Assembly: GCA_035403205.1 (NCBI GenBank)
Contig: DAONES010000001.1
Coordinates: 5,885-61,284, forward strand
Direction of reading: 5' to 3'
DNA: 55,400 nucleotides
DNA from: Methanothrix sp.
GTDB lineage: Archaea > Halobacteriota > Methanosarcinia > Methanotrichales > Methanotrichaceae
The number at the start of each line of letters is the position of its first letter. Position 1 is the stretch's first letter. The translations under genes and the position numbers were made by a program. Of the stretch, positions 26,115 to 36,092 are shown in pieces. Below the pieces are notes generated by a model. The model was not told the origin of the DNA. It saw nothing but the letters and a program-made list of their open reading frames with translations, and did not search any database.

Positions 26115-28403
26115 ATGGATCAACTGGTCGTTCTTCAGGAAATATATGCATCCCTTTCCAAAGGAGGTGATGGTCTACAAAAAATCGATAGTAGTGCCAT
26201 CGAAGGAAGTTGTCCTGAATTGCTGGGCAAATTTCTGGATAGCGCCCGAAATGGCAAAATTGATGGAGACATCAGCCGCAAACTGTCTCAGCAGCTACAG
26301 GATGTTTATGAACTCAAGCGGCTTGGCGACATCTGCCGGCGGGCGGGACTGCCAGACCAGGCTGCCAATGCCTACAATCAGGCTCTGTCGCTCTGCCGCG
26401 ATCCTGTTCTGCGGCCTGTGCTGCAGAATAATCTGGGTCAGGCGTTCATTCATCAGGGCGATTTAGCTAAGGCGGTCTTCTATTATCAAAAGGCTGCAGA
26501 CAGATTTTCCAGGGAGGGGGATCGCATCAGCCTTGCCCATGTATTGGGGAACCTTGGCTCGGCTTACAGGAAGAGCGGCGAATGGGACAAAGCCATAGAG
26601 CACTGCTACCGCAGCCTGAAGACATTCGAGGAAGCGGGCGACAGCCTCGGCATCGCCCAGATGACGGGTAGCCTTGGAAGGGTCTATGCCGATATGGGCG
26701 AGAAGGAGCTGGCGTCCCGATACTTTGAGAGAAGCCTGGCAGACTTTGAGAGATTGGGCGACAAGAGGAGTTCTGCCTGGGTGCTGGATCAGTTGGGAAG
26801 GATAGCTGGCCAGAAGATGGACTGGGATCGGGCTTTGTACTACATGAACTCCAGCCTCTCCCTGTTTGCGCTGCAAGGCGAGACTTCCAGCCAGGGGATA
26901 GTTCTGTCCGACCTAGGACGCATCTACCTGAGGATGGGGCAGGCAACCGCTGCTCGCGAGCCTTTGGAGAAGGCTGTGGAGCTGGTTCCCGGCCAAATGA
27001 AGCCCGGCTATCAGAATGCTCTCTATTGCCTGGCGAAGACTTACAGTGCTCTGGCAAGAGACAAGCTGCAAGATAATGGCCTGCAAAGCAGCCGCACTTT
27101 TGCCAATGAAGCCTCCTGGCTATTCGTCCAGGCGGCGAATCGCTATCAAGAGTTGGCATCTACCCTGGGCGAAGGCCAGGCGGAGGTCAGAGTGGCCGAG
27201 GCAATTGCTCGCAGCCAATCCTATCTCGCCAAAGCAGGCGGGCCCGTCCGGGTCGAAGAGGCCCTGATGCTGCTGGAGAAGGCCCAGAAGTCCCTAGAAA
27301 GGGCGGCTGAAAATTCCGGCTTTGGCGATGACAAGTCCGAAATACTCAATCTGCAAAGGATAATCGCCGGCATGATGGAGTCTTATCGCATTGGCCTTCT
27401 CGCAGATGAGCCCTTGATGCAGGCCCGCGCCATGAACAATGCTCTGGATTATCTCATGGGAGCGGTCCAGGTTTGTCCCTCAGAGGAAGCGGGAGACCAT
27501 CTTTACCAGGCCCTGAAGAACATCAATGCCAGCCTGGATTTGCAGAGGCTGGGCAGAGAATCCTCAGAGAAGCTGCTGATAGCTGCCGGGTCTTTGCGCT
27601 GCGCAGAAAAGCATTTTGCCGCGAAGGAACCGGATGGGCAGAAGAGCAGAGCCAAACGGGTTGCCAGGGCGGCAGAGATTTTAGAGAAGTCGGCAGAAAA
27701 TGGCAGCCGTACCTGTCAGGAAGCCTTGCTTGCCGTTGCCAGCGTCATGGCGAGCTATTCGCTGAGCAAGATCGATGATATAAATCGCATGCTTACCTGG
27801 GACGAGTCCCTTCATCTTTTGCCAAACAGCCCTGCGGATGAAATGGCGGTCAATATCAAGATAAATGACCTGCATGAGCCGGATGTTCAGCCCATAATGG
27901 ATGCCGACCTGACTGTGCTGGAGGACCTAAAAGAGAAGCATGAGGCAAGAGATCTGATCCTGGCGGATAGGTGCACTGTCCCGATGAAATGCGAAGTGGC
28001 CTGCGGCGATTACCGACAGCTTCTCGTGCCGCCCGTTAGCAGGCAATTCTCCGGTCGCGAGCAGGGGCTTGCGGAGATCGAGGAATCAGCACAAAATCCG
28101 CTGAAAGAGGCAACTGTAGATGCCGTGGATGAGAGATATCAGGAGATAAAAAAGGAAGAGAAACGCGAAGAGATAAAAGAAAACGATGAGGGCAATGCCT
28201 GGTATAATGGAACTGATGGCGCTAATTGTCCCAATGATACCAATGATCTCACGGACTTTTTGCAGGCCGCGAAAGCTCCTGAGGTTGAAAAAGAGCCTGA
28301 GCAAAGCGACTCAAGCCTCCCTAAAGCCGTATTCCTGCTCAAGGTCATGACGGTTCTCGTGGTTATGCTCCTCGCCATTGAAGGGATAATATACTTCATA
28401 TAG
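26115..28403 (+). CDS. TPR-repeat protein with C-terminal membrane anchor
   Basis: NNLG/GNLG/GSLG TPR units; acidic linker; terminal hydrophobic helix. Confidence 0.8.
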   Translation: MDQLVVLQEIYASLSKGGDGLQKIDSSAIEGSCPELLGKFLDSARNGKIDGDISRKLSQQLQDVYELKRLGDICRRAGLPDQAANAYNQALSLCRDPVLRPVLQNNLGQAFIHQGDLAKAVFYYQKAADRFSREGDRISLAHVLGNLGSAYRKSGEWDKAIEHCYRSLKTFEEAGDSLGIAQMTGSLGRVYADMGEKELASRYFERSLADFERLGDKRSSAWVLDQLGRIAGQKMDWDRALYYMNSSLSLFALQGETSSQGIVLSDLGRIYLRMGQATAAREPLEKAVELVPGQMKPGYQNALYCLAKTYSALARDKLQDNGLQSSRTFANEASWLFVQAANRYQELASTLGEGQAEVRVAEAIARSQSYLAKAGGPVRVEEALMLLEKAQKSLERAAENSGFGDDKSEILNLQRIIAGMMESYRIGLLADEPLMQARAMNNALDYLMGAVQVCPSEEAGDHLYQALKNINASLDLQRLGRESSEKLLIAAGSLRCAEKHFAAKEPDGQKSRAKRVARAAEILEKSAENGSRTCQEALLAVASVMASYSLSKIDDINRMLTWDESLHLLPNSPADEMAVNIKINDLHEPDVQPIMDADLTVLEDLKEKHEARDLILADRCTVPMKCEVACGDYRQLLVPPVSRQFSGREQGLAEIEESAQNPLKEATVDAVDERYQEIKKEEKREEIKENDEGNAWYNGTDGANCPNDTNDLTDFLQAAKAPEVEKEPEQSDSSLPKAVFLLKVMTVLVVMLLAIEGIIYFI

Positions 28404-28431
28404 GCCGCAATAGTATCCCCTTCTGGCGGAT

Positions 28432-29022
28432 ATGAAGAAAAAGCAGCTTGAGATGTTGTTGGAGAGGCTGGAGGGCTTTAGCAATCCTTCTTTTCAAAGG
28501 GAGCAGTATGCCACGCCCGCCCCGGTAGCCGCAGAGATGCTCTTCCTGGCGGCGATGCGCGGGGATCTTGGCACCGTCTGCGACCTGGGCTGCGGCACGG
28601 GGGTGCTGGCCATCGGGGCAGCCCTGCTTGGCGCAAGGTCCATTGGTGTGGAGATTGATGGCAAAGCTCTGGCCATAGCGAGGAGAAATGCAGAAAAATT
28701 GGGTGCGGATGTGGACTTCATCCGCGCCGATGCAGGATCGCTTGTCCTCAAGGGCATAGATACAGTGATTATGAATCCGCCTTTCGGGGCCCAGAAAGCG
28801 AGTAGCGGTGACCGGGCCTTTCTCAATAGCGCTCGAAATATCGCCCGGACGATCTACTCTTTGCACAATCAGGGAAGCGAGGGGTTCGTAAAAAGCTTTA
28901 TGAAACCCTGCATCGTTCAGGAGATTTATCGCATCCCCTTTCCCTTGAAGAGATGCTTTGACTTCCATAGCCAGGATACCAAGGTCATTGGGGTTGAGCT
29001 ATATAGAATAACATGCGATTAA
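28432..29022 (+). CDS. METTL5-family putative RNA methyltransferase
   Basis: EQYATP, DLGCGTG, MNPPFGAQ. Confidence 0.9.
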   Translation: MKKKQLEMLLERLEGFSNPSFQREQYATPAPVAAEMLFLAAMRGDLGTVCDLGCGTGVLAIGAALLGARSIGVEIDGKALAIARRNAEKLGADVDFIRADAGSLVLKGIDTVIMNPPFGAQKASSGDRAFLNSARNIARTIYSLHNQGSEGFVKSFMKPCIVQEIYRIPFPLKRCFDFHSQDTKVIGVELYRITCD

Positions 29023-29067
29023 GGATGAAACAGGATTTAACGCGCTTCATAAAGAATTCATTGAGGA

Positions 29068-29631
29068 ATGATGATGGACGGTATCTTTGTGCTTCCTGGT
29101 GATGTGGTTGGATCGACCGAGGAGTTTGTACCCGGTGATTGCACCTATGCTCGATCAGGAACGATTTTTGCATCAACCGCTGGCCTGGTAAAGATAGATT
29201 CAAGGGCCAGGTCCGCGAGTGTCATACCCAAGACCAATGCTCCGGTAAAGCTCTCTCAGGGTGATATAGTGGTGGGAGAGGTGATTGATCTCAAGGACAG
29301 CCTGGTCATTGTCTCCCTGGCCTTTAAAAAGGGGCATGAAGACAGGCCTCTATCAGACGAGGAGGCGACCATTCACATATCCAATGTGAGAAACTCCTAT
29401 GTCAAAGATCTGCGCCACCTTTTCTCGGTTCGCGATATCCTCAAGGCCAAGATCATCGACGACCGGCAGATGAGGCTTTCCACGAGCGATGAGGACCTGG
29501 GCGTGATCAAGGCCTACTGCAATCGCTGTCTTGTCGGCTTGGTCAAGAGGGACAACAAACTGGTCTGTCCCAACTGTGCCAATACCGAGACGCGCAAAAT
29601 GAGTTCAGCCTATGGTCTGGGTGTGGTTTGA
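29068..29631 (+). CDS. csl4: Exosome complex RNA-binding protein Csl4
   Basis: VLPGD..G..EEF.PG, S1 domain, LGVIKAYC..C...CP.C..ETRK. Confidence 0.93.
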   Translation: MMMDGIFVLPGDVVGSTEEFVPGDCTYARSGTIFASTAGLVKIDSRARSASVIPKTNAPVKLSQGDIVVGEVIDLKDSLVIVSLAFKKGHEDRPLSDEEATIHISNVRNSYVKDLRHLFSVRDILKAKIIDDRQMRLSTSDEDLGVIKAYCNRCLVGLVKRDNKLVCPNCANTETRKMSSAYGLGVV

Positions 29632-29906
29632 TGAATCTTAAGATTATCAAGAAAACGGACAATCAGGCCGTTATCGAGTTTGTAGGGGAAGGGCATACCA
29701 TCCTGAACCTGCTGCGGACTGAACTGCTGGCTGACGAACGGGTGCTGATGGCAACCTATGACACCAAGTTTCCCATAATGGACAACCCTGTCTTCCATCT
29801 CACGACCTCCGGTGCTGACCCCATTGCTGTTCTGAGGGAGGCGACGGGCCGGATCATCGGCCAATGCGAGGAGTTTTCCAGGCAGTATGCTGATGCCGTG
29901 AAGTAG
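29628..29906 (+). CDS. rpoL: DNA-directed RNA polymerase subunit L (Rpo11)
   Basis: GEGHTILNLLR..L..D..V..A.Y; follows csl4. Confidence 0.92.
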   Translation: MMNLKIIKKTDNQAVIEFVGEGHTILNLLRTELLADERVLMATYDTKFPIMDNPVFHLTTSGADPIAVLREATGRIIGQCEEFSRQYADAVK

Positions 29907-29979
29907 CGGCTAAGAGGTCTTTCCGGCGGGAAAGGCTTCTTTTTATTAATTTATATTTTTTTGTTACTGTAGCCAGCAT

Positions 29980-30579
29980 TTATCCGGGTTGATCTTTTGT
30001 CGATCGTTTCTCACTGTTATCGTCATTGGCAGCAGGATCAGTTTTTTTTTGGCGATCACTTTTTCCATTATTGCTCATGAGCGAGCGCCACTCTGAGACC
30101 TCATCCAGCACAATTGCGTCAAGGTCATTTACGAAATCCATGATCATCCTGTCGCCTGCATCTCCCTCTTCAATTTTTGATGCCTCAAATTTTGCCTTTT
30201 CATTCTTGAGCCGCTGAAGGGTGTAAGCATACCTAGGGTAATTTTCTCGCCACTGGTATAATGTCAAAATGCCGGTCGATATTGCGATTATAGCCGAAAA
30301 TGCCGCTGAGATCAGCTTGGAGTTCAGAGAGATCAGGGTGAGAAATTCATAATTGGCTGGATTGTTGTCTGTGAGCAGAATTACGGGAATTGATGAGCTT
30401 AACAGTATGGTGATTATGCTCAGGTAGTAATAGCCTTTTCCAGAGCGCCATTTCAAGCTTTCATAGCGGTCAATGTGCATATTGCAGAAGTCTATCGCCC
30501 TGTTCCTCCTGGCCAATGTGGTCATTTCATCTGGCTCCTCTGCAGGTCCTTTGAATCGAAGCCCCCATGGTCCTTTCAT
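29980..30579 (-). CDS. DUF4231 / SLATT-like two-TM protein
   Basis: Two hydrophobic helices followed by YQWRENY.RY....LK.EK..F. Confidence 0.7.
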   Translation of the reverse strand: MKGPWGLRFKGPAEEPDEMTTLARRNRAIDFCNMHIDRYESLKWRSGKGYYYLSIITILLSSSIPVILLTDNNPANYEFLTLISLNSKLISAAFSAIIAISTGILTLYQWRENYPRYAYTLQRLKNEKAKFEASKIEEGDAGDRMIMDFVNDLDAIVLDEVSEWRSLMSNNGKSDRQKKTDPAANDDNSEKRSTKDQPG

Positions 30580-30830
30580 GATCTATCCCATCCAAATGAA
30601 GCTACCATTTCATTTATAGTTATCTTTCATAAGTTATAATATGGCGGAATATAGCGTTTGGCCGTGATTCCGTCTCAATTAGCCACTCTCTCGCGACGCT
30701 TTCAATGTCATATTGGATGGCGAAAGATGACAACGAGATGAAGAGAATGGATAATGAGATGACGTGGGTGGACAAAGAGGTGAATAGGACAATGGAATGA
30801 GTGAATAGCAGAATACAGAATTGACAATCA

Positions 30831-30866
30831 TCAGAATTTTCTGAGTTTTCCGAAAAGTTTATTTAA
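30831..30866 (+). promoter_or_regulatory. Palindromic operator plus TATA box upstream of the AbrB-arsM operon
   Basis: TCAGAA-TT-TTCTGA (30831-30844) followed by GAAAAG-TTTATTTAA (BRE/TATA-like). Confidence 0.5.
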
Positions 30867-30909
30867 TCAGAAAACACCCGATTAAATTCAGCAGAACGAG
30901 GTAGCAGTA

Positions 30910-31191
30910 GTGACCGCAAGAGAAGATCACGAATCAGAATCCTGCTGTCAGTCAGGAGAGACGAGCAGTTGCTCAGTGGAATCGATTCTAACTATCGACG
31001 AGAGAGGGCAGATGGTTCTGCCCAAAGATATCCGGGAGAAAGCAAATATCAAGCCGGGAGACAAGCTTGCCCTGCTCTGCTTGATGAAACGGGGCAAGGT
31101 CTGCTGCTTATCTTTGATCAAGGTGGATGTGCTTGAAGACATGGTAAAGTCGCGGCTGGGGCCGGTGATAAACGAGGCTTTTCAGGAATAG
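30910..31191 (+). CDS. AbrB/MazE-fold Cys-rich regulator (HgcAB-associated protein-like)
   Basis: SCSVESILTIDERGQMVLPKDIREKANIKPGDKLAL...VCCLSLIK. Confidence 0.8.
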   Translation: MTAREDHESESCCQSGETSSCSVESILTIDERGQMVLPKDIREKANIKPGDKLALLCLMKRGKVCCLSLIKVDVLEDMVKSRLGPVINEAFQE

Positions 31192-31203
31192 GGGGGTGGA
31201 AAT

Positions 31204-32025
31204 ATGAATGATAAAGATCTAAAGAAGGCGGTAAGGGAAAGTTACTCGCGTGTGGCAAAGAATGCACAATCCTGCTGCTCTTCAGGCTGCTGCGGGTCGA
31301 CGAAGCCGCAGAGCATCAGCAGAAAGATCGGATACACCGATGGGCAGATGGAGGACGCACCTGCCGGGTCCAATCTGGGGCTTGGCTGCGGAAATCCGAT
31401 CGCCTATGCCTGCTTAAAGATGGGTGAGACGGTTCTTGACCTTGGATCGGGAGCAGGTTTTGATTGCTTTTTAGCTTCGAAGATCGTGGGGCCGCGGGGC
31501 AAGGTCATCGGCGTCGATATGACTGCAGAGATGATCTCGCGGGCAAAGGCCAATGCGAGCCAGGGCGGCTACGGCAATGTGGAGTTCCGGCTGGGCGAGA
31601 TTGAGGCGCTGCCGGTCGAGGACGATGCCATTGACGCCGTCATCTCCAACTGCGTCATCAATCTGGTTCCGGATAAGAAAAAAGCATTTCAAGAGGCATT
31701 CAGAGTCCTGAAGCCGGGCGGCAGGATGATGGTTTCGGATATCGTTCTCCTGAAGGCTCTTCCTGAGTTCGTCAAGCAATCCATCAAAGCTTATGTCGGA
31801 TGCATTGCCGGAGCCCTGCCAAAGGACAGGTACCTGGATGCCATAAAATACGCAGGATTCAAAGATGTCTGCGTAGTGCAGGAGTCCATCTTTCCCCTGG
31901 ACTGCATGACAAATGATCCCACCGGCCAGGCGATTTTAAAGAGTCTGGATGGATCTGTTGAGGAGAGAGAGAAAGTTGAAGATTGCATATCCAGCGTAAA
32001 GGTCAGCGGCATCAAGCCCAATTGA
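31204..32025 (+). CDS. arsM: Arsenite S-adenosylmethionine methyltransferase
   Basis: N-terminal CC..CC, NLGLGCGNP, LDLGSGAGFD, ISNCVINL, GCIAGA. Confidence 0.92.
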   Translation: MNDKDLKKAVRESYSRVAKNAQSCCSSGCCGSTKPQSISRKIGYTDGQMEDAPAGSNLGLGCGNPIAYACLKMGETVLDLGSGAGFDCFLASKIVGPRGKVIGVDMTAEMISRAKANASQGGYGNVEFRLGEIEALPVEDDAIDAVISNCVINLVPDKKKAFQEAFRVLKPGGRMMVSDIVLLKALPEFVKQSIKAYVGCIAGALPKDRYLDAIKYAGFKDVCVVQESIFPLDCMTNDPTGQAILKSLDGSVEEREKVEDCISSVKVSGIKPN

Positions 32026-32034
32026 AGGATTTCA

Positions 32035-33120
32035 TTGATGATCGAGATTGATGGCTCATTTGGAGAAGGCGGCGGCCAGATTGTGCGCACCGCTGCCGCC
32101 CTTTCGGCAGTTACCGGAAAGGGCGTTCACATAAGGAAAATACGGCAGGGCCGGCCAAAACCGGGCCTGGCGGCGCAGCATGCCCGGGCTTTGATGGCTC
32201 TGGGGGAAATTTGCGGGGCCAGGGCATCCGGGATCACTGAAGGATCTTCTGAGATCACCTTCGTCCCGGGAAAGATCAAGGGTGGTAGATACCGGATAGA
32301 AATTGGAACTGCCGGAAGCGTGACTCTGCTCATGCAGTGTCTTATGCCTGCTCTGCTCTGTGCAGATGAGTCGTCATCTCTGCAGATTCAGGGGGGCACA
32401 GATGTGCAATGGTCCCCGACGGTTGACTATTTTAAAAATGTCTTTCTGCCGGCGCTTTCCACCTTCGGGGCAAAGGCTGGCCTTGATGTTTTGCGGAGGG
32501 GATACTATCCCAGGGGACAGGGCGAGGTTCTCTTGCAGGTGCAGCCGACGGGGCTGAAGGCCTCTTCTCTGCTGAGGGCTGATGGCTGGGAAAGAAGCCA
32601 TGCGGATATTCAAACCGAACAGAATATTCAGAATATTCACAATTCACAAAGCAGTGCACAGAGCAGCCGCATCCTGGTTCAGGGAATCTCTCACTGCTCC
32701 AACCTGCCTGAGCATGTGGCCATCAGGCAAGCAGAATCTGCGGAAAGAGTGCTGGAGGAAGCTGGCTTTATGGCTCAGATAGATCGAGAGGTCGCCCATC
32801 TGCCTTCTATGGGAAGCGGAATCACTCTCTGGTCGGGCTGCAAGGGTGCAAGCTCTCTGGGCAGGAAGGGATTTGCTGCGGAAAGAGTGGGCAGAACGGC
32901 AGCCGAGGAGCTGATTGCAGAGCTGAAGTCCCCTGCAGCAGTGGACCGCCATCTGGCAGACCAGCTTATTCCCTATCTCGTCCTGGCTGGTGGCAGCTTC
33001 ACAGCGCGAGAGATCTCTCTTCATGCCAGAACAAATATCTGGACGGCCAGGCATTTTCTTGATACGGATATCGGGATCGAGGAGAGGAATGGCATCTTTT
33101 GGATAAAGGGCGTTCTATAA
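32035..33120 (+). CDS. rtcA: RNA 3'-terminal phosphate cyclase
   Basis: IDGSFGEGGGQIVR, RPKPGL..QH, GTAGS, GGTDV.WSP, RGYYPRG.G, VD.HLADQLIP, H..TN. Confidence 0.93.
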   Translation: MMIEIDGSFGEGGGQIVRTAAALSAVTGKGVHIRKIRQGRPKPGLAAQHARALMALGEICGARASGITEGSSEITFVPGKIKGGRYRIEIGTAGSVTLLMQCLMPALLCADESSSLQIQGGTDVQWSPTVDYFKNVFLPALSTFGAKAGLDVLRRGYYPRGQGEVLLQVQPTGLKASSLLRADGWERSHADIQTEQNIQNIHNSQSSAQSSRILVQGISHCSNLPEHVAIRQAESAERVLEEAGFMAQIDREVAHLPSMGSGITLWSGCKGASSLGRKGFAAERVGRTAAEELIAELKSPAAVDRHLADQLIPYLVLAGGSFTAREISLHARTNIWTARHFLDTDIGIEERNGIFWIKGVL

Positions 33121-33274
33121 GCCGGAAGCGATGAAACGAAATAATATATCGAGACACTATCATTGGCTCATTTTGGGGACAAATTATTTATCAGAAACAG
33201 ACACAATTATTTAACTGGAAAAAGTTTCCGATTTGCTAAAATGCAAAATACACGGCACATTTCCAGGACAAAAA

Positions 33275-35929
33275 ATGCAATCCAATGATGCATTGCAGAG
33301 GCTCTGCTTGCTTCGCGCTAGATTAAATGATCTCAGAAACAAAAGCGAGGCAGTTTCGGCAGACCTCGGCAAAACGCTATCTGAAATATCCACAGATATC
33401 ACTGCAATAGAGAAATCCTTCGAAGAAAAGGACAACGCAGACAAATCGCATCTTCTATTTCTGGAAAATATCCTGGATTCGTTTACCGATCCGCTATTTG
33501 TCAAAGATAGAAAGCATCGTTATGTACTGGTGAATATCGCAGAGAGCAAGCTGGCCGGACGGAGGCCCGAGGAGATGATCGGCAAGACCTGCTTTGATTT
33601 TTTTCCTGAAGAGAAGGCGGACCTCTATTGGCAGATGGACGAAGCGGTATTTAGTACCGGTATGGAGAGCATCGACGAAGAAAATGTGACTGACGACCAG
33701 GGCATTGCTCGAATAATGCTCACCAAGAAGACCCTTTACGTAGATGAAGCCGGCAACCAGTTTCTGGTGGGCATTGCCAGGGATATCACGGACATAAAGA
33801 GAATCGACGAGCAACTGCAGATGGCCAATGATAGACTGGAGAAGAGGGTCTTTCAAAGAACCGCGGATCTGGAAAGAGCCAATAAAGCCCTGATGGATAC
33901 CCGCGATTCCCTAGATAAGATCATCAATTCCATCGGCGATCCCATTCATGTCAAAGACAGGCAGCATCGCATCATCCTGGTCAACGATGTGGCATGCAAG
34001 CTCTTCAATCGCCCCAGGGAGGAGATCCTGGGCAAAACCGCCTTCGAGCTGTTCTCTTCTCTAGAAGATGCGCGCGTCTCCTGGCAGAAGGATGAGGAGG
34101 TGTTTGCCACATGGGTAGAAAACGTAAACGAAGAGACGAATACCTACGCTCCGGGAGTCACCCGCACCGTGCTGATCAAAAAGACCCCCTACAGAGACAA
34201 GTCAGGCAATGAGTATCTCGTGGGAGTGACGAGGGATATCAGCGATCGCAAGCAGGCAGAGGAAGCATTGCGCGAGAGTGAAAGAAAGTACAGCCTGCTC
34301 ATAAAAAATGCGAGCGAAGCAATCATCGTCGCCCAGGATGGCCAGATTAAATTTGTCAATCCCATGACGATCAGCCTGTTGGGGGTTCATTCCGAGCAGG
34401 ATCTCATAAGCCGGCCCTTTTCTGAGTTCCTGCATCCGGCTGACCGGCAAATGGTATTTGACAATTACCGGCGAAGGATTGCCAGCCAGGATGCTCCGCC
34501 TCGATATTCCTTCAGGGTCGTAACGCCTGAAGGAGCTATCAAGTGGGTGGAGATCAATGCGACGCTAATCGATTGGCAGGGCAGACGGGCCACACTCAAT
34601 TTCCTCACAGAAATCACAGAAAAAAAGCTGGCGGAGGAGAAGCTAATTGAAGCAAAGGAAGCAGCAGAGGCGGCAGCCAGGTCAAAATCCGACTTTCTAG
34701 CCAATATGAGCCATGAGATCAGAACGCCGCTTAACGCCGTATTGGGCCTGACCGGATTGCTCCTGAACTCGGACTTAAATGCCCAGGAGAGAGACTATGT
34801 TGAGACCGTGAGAAGCTCCGGCAACACCTTGCTCTCGGTCATAAACGATATCCTGGACTTTTCCAAGATTGAAGGAGGCAAGATGGAGCTGGAGAGCCAG
34901 CTCTTCAATCTGCGAGAATGCATTTCGGTGGCAGTTGATCTGATAATGCCCTCTGCCGGTCAAAAGGGGCTGGCTATGAAATGCGATCTGGATGAATCTA
35001 TTCCGGCATACATCAAGGGAGACGTTACCAGGCTTCGGCAGGTGTTGGTGAACTTGCTGGGCAATGCAGTAAAATTCACGAATGATGGTACAATCAGCCT
35101 CTCTGTGACGGCATCGCCATTGGATAGCCCTGAGGCATCAAGCGACAGTGAATACCTGCTGCATTTTTCCATAAGCGATACGGGCATTGGAATTCCTGGG
35201 GAGAAGCTTGACCGGCTGTTTCGTTCTTTTTCTCAGGTGGATTCCACCACAACGCGCAAGTACGGGGGAACCGGCCTGGGACTTGCCATCAGCCGCAAGC
35301 TGGTAGAGATGATGGGTGGCGAGATCTGGGTGGTCAGCGAGCCAAATGTGGGTTCGACCTTCCATTTTACGATTCGGGCAGAGGTCTCGGAAGAGCAAGC
35401 GGCTCCATCAGATCCGGAGCTTGCCGTTCCAATGGTAAGCAGGCAGGAAGGCATCCGCTCGTTGCGCATCCTGCTCGCGGAAGATAACGCAGTCAACCAG
35501 ATGGTAGCCAAACAGATGCTAAAGAAGCTCGGATACAGCGCAGATGTAGCAGGAAATGGCCTTGAGGTCTTGCAGGCGATAGAGCGCCAATCGTATGATG
35601 TGATTCTTATGGACGTGCAGATGCCGGAGATGGATGGCCTCGCAGCCTCTCAGGAGATCCGCAGGCGATGGCCCACGGGCCCCAGAATCATAGCCATCAC
35701 CGCCTACGCGCTCAAAGGCGATCGGGAAAGGTGCCTGGCTGCGGGAATGGATGACTACGTCAGCAAGCCCATAGTAATTGAGGAACTTAAAAGAGTCCTG
35801 GAAAGGTGCGAATCCTCCCTGGGAAACCTCAGAAATTCAAGGGATTCTGAGCAGGAGGCTAGCCCCCTTTCCCCTTCCTCCTGCCCAGGCGGTAAGGATA
35901 AGTCCCCACTCTCCTATCCCGCTGAATAG
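33275..35929 (+). CDS. Cytoplasmic PAS-PAS-PAS hybrid sensor histidine kinase/response regulator
   Basis: Three PAS domains; [12 protein letters not shown]; [10 protein letters not shown]; DTGIG; GGTGLGL; receiver LLAEDN...MDVQMP..KP. Confidence 0.93.
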   Translation: MQSNDALQRLCLLRARLNDLRNKSEAVSADLGKTLSEISTDITAIEKSFEEKDNADKSHLLFLENILDSFTDPLFVKDRKHRYVLVNIAESKLAGRRPEEMIGKTCFDFFPEEKADLYWQMDEAVFSTGMESIDEENVTDDQGIARIMLTKKTLYVDEAGNQFLVGIARDITDIKRIDEQLQMANDRLEKRVFQRTADLERANKALMDTRDSLDKIINSIGDPIHVKDRQHRIILVNDVACKLFNRPREEILGKTAFELFSSLEDARVSWQKDEEVFATWVENVNEETNTYAPGVTRTVLIKKTPYRDKSGNEYLVGVTRDISDRKQAEEALRESERKYSLLIKNASEAIIVAQDGQIKFVNPMTISLLGVHSEQDLISRPFSEFLHPADRQMVFDNYRRRIASQDAPPRYSFRVVTPEGAIKWVEINATLIDWQGRRATLNFLTEITEKKLAEEKLIEAKEAAEAAARSKSDFLANMSHEIRTPLNAVLGLTGLLLNSDLNAQERDYVETVRSSGNTLLSVINDILDFSKIEGGKMELESQLFNLRECISVAVDLIMPSAGQKGLAMKCDLDESIPAYIKGDVTRLRQVLVNLLGNAVKFTNDGTISLSVTASPLDSPEASSDSEYLLHFSISDTGIGIPGEKLDRLFRSFSQVDSTTTRKYGGTGLGLAISRKLVEMMGGEIWVVSEPNVGSTFHFTIRAEVSEEQAAPSDPELAVPMVSRQEGIRSLRILLAEDNAVNQMVAKQMLKKLGYSADVAGNGLEVLQAIERQSYDVILMDVQMPEMDGLAASQEIRRRWPTGPRIIAITAYALKGDRERCLAAGMDDYVSKPIVIEELKRVLERCESSLGNLRNSRDSEQEASPLSPSSCPGGKDKSPLSYPAE

Positions 35930-36092
35930 TGGTTATCGGTGGAGTTAATAATCCTTTTTTTCATGTAGATGTTATGTAGGATTGATCTAGGTCGTCTATG
36001 GTTAAGATGAATTGATGCAAACAGGCCAAACATGGCCTCCATTGTTTTGCCGAGCGAATTCTTTTTCTACAGTTACAGAAATATGCAGATGT

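Noticed and set aside
30715-30825. Purine-rich strand-biased tract upstream of the AbrB gene
   Set aside because: No repeat unit, ORF or hairpin that I could support
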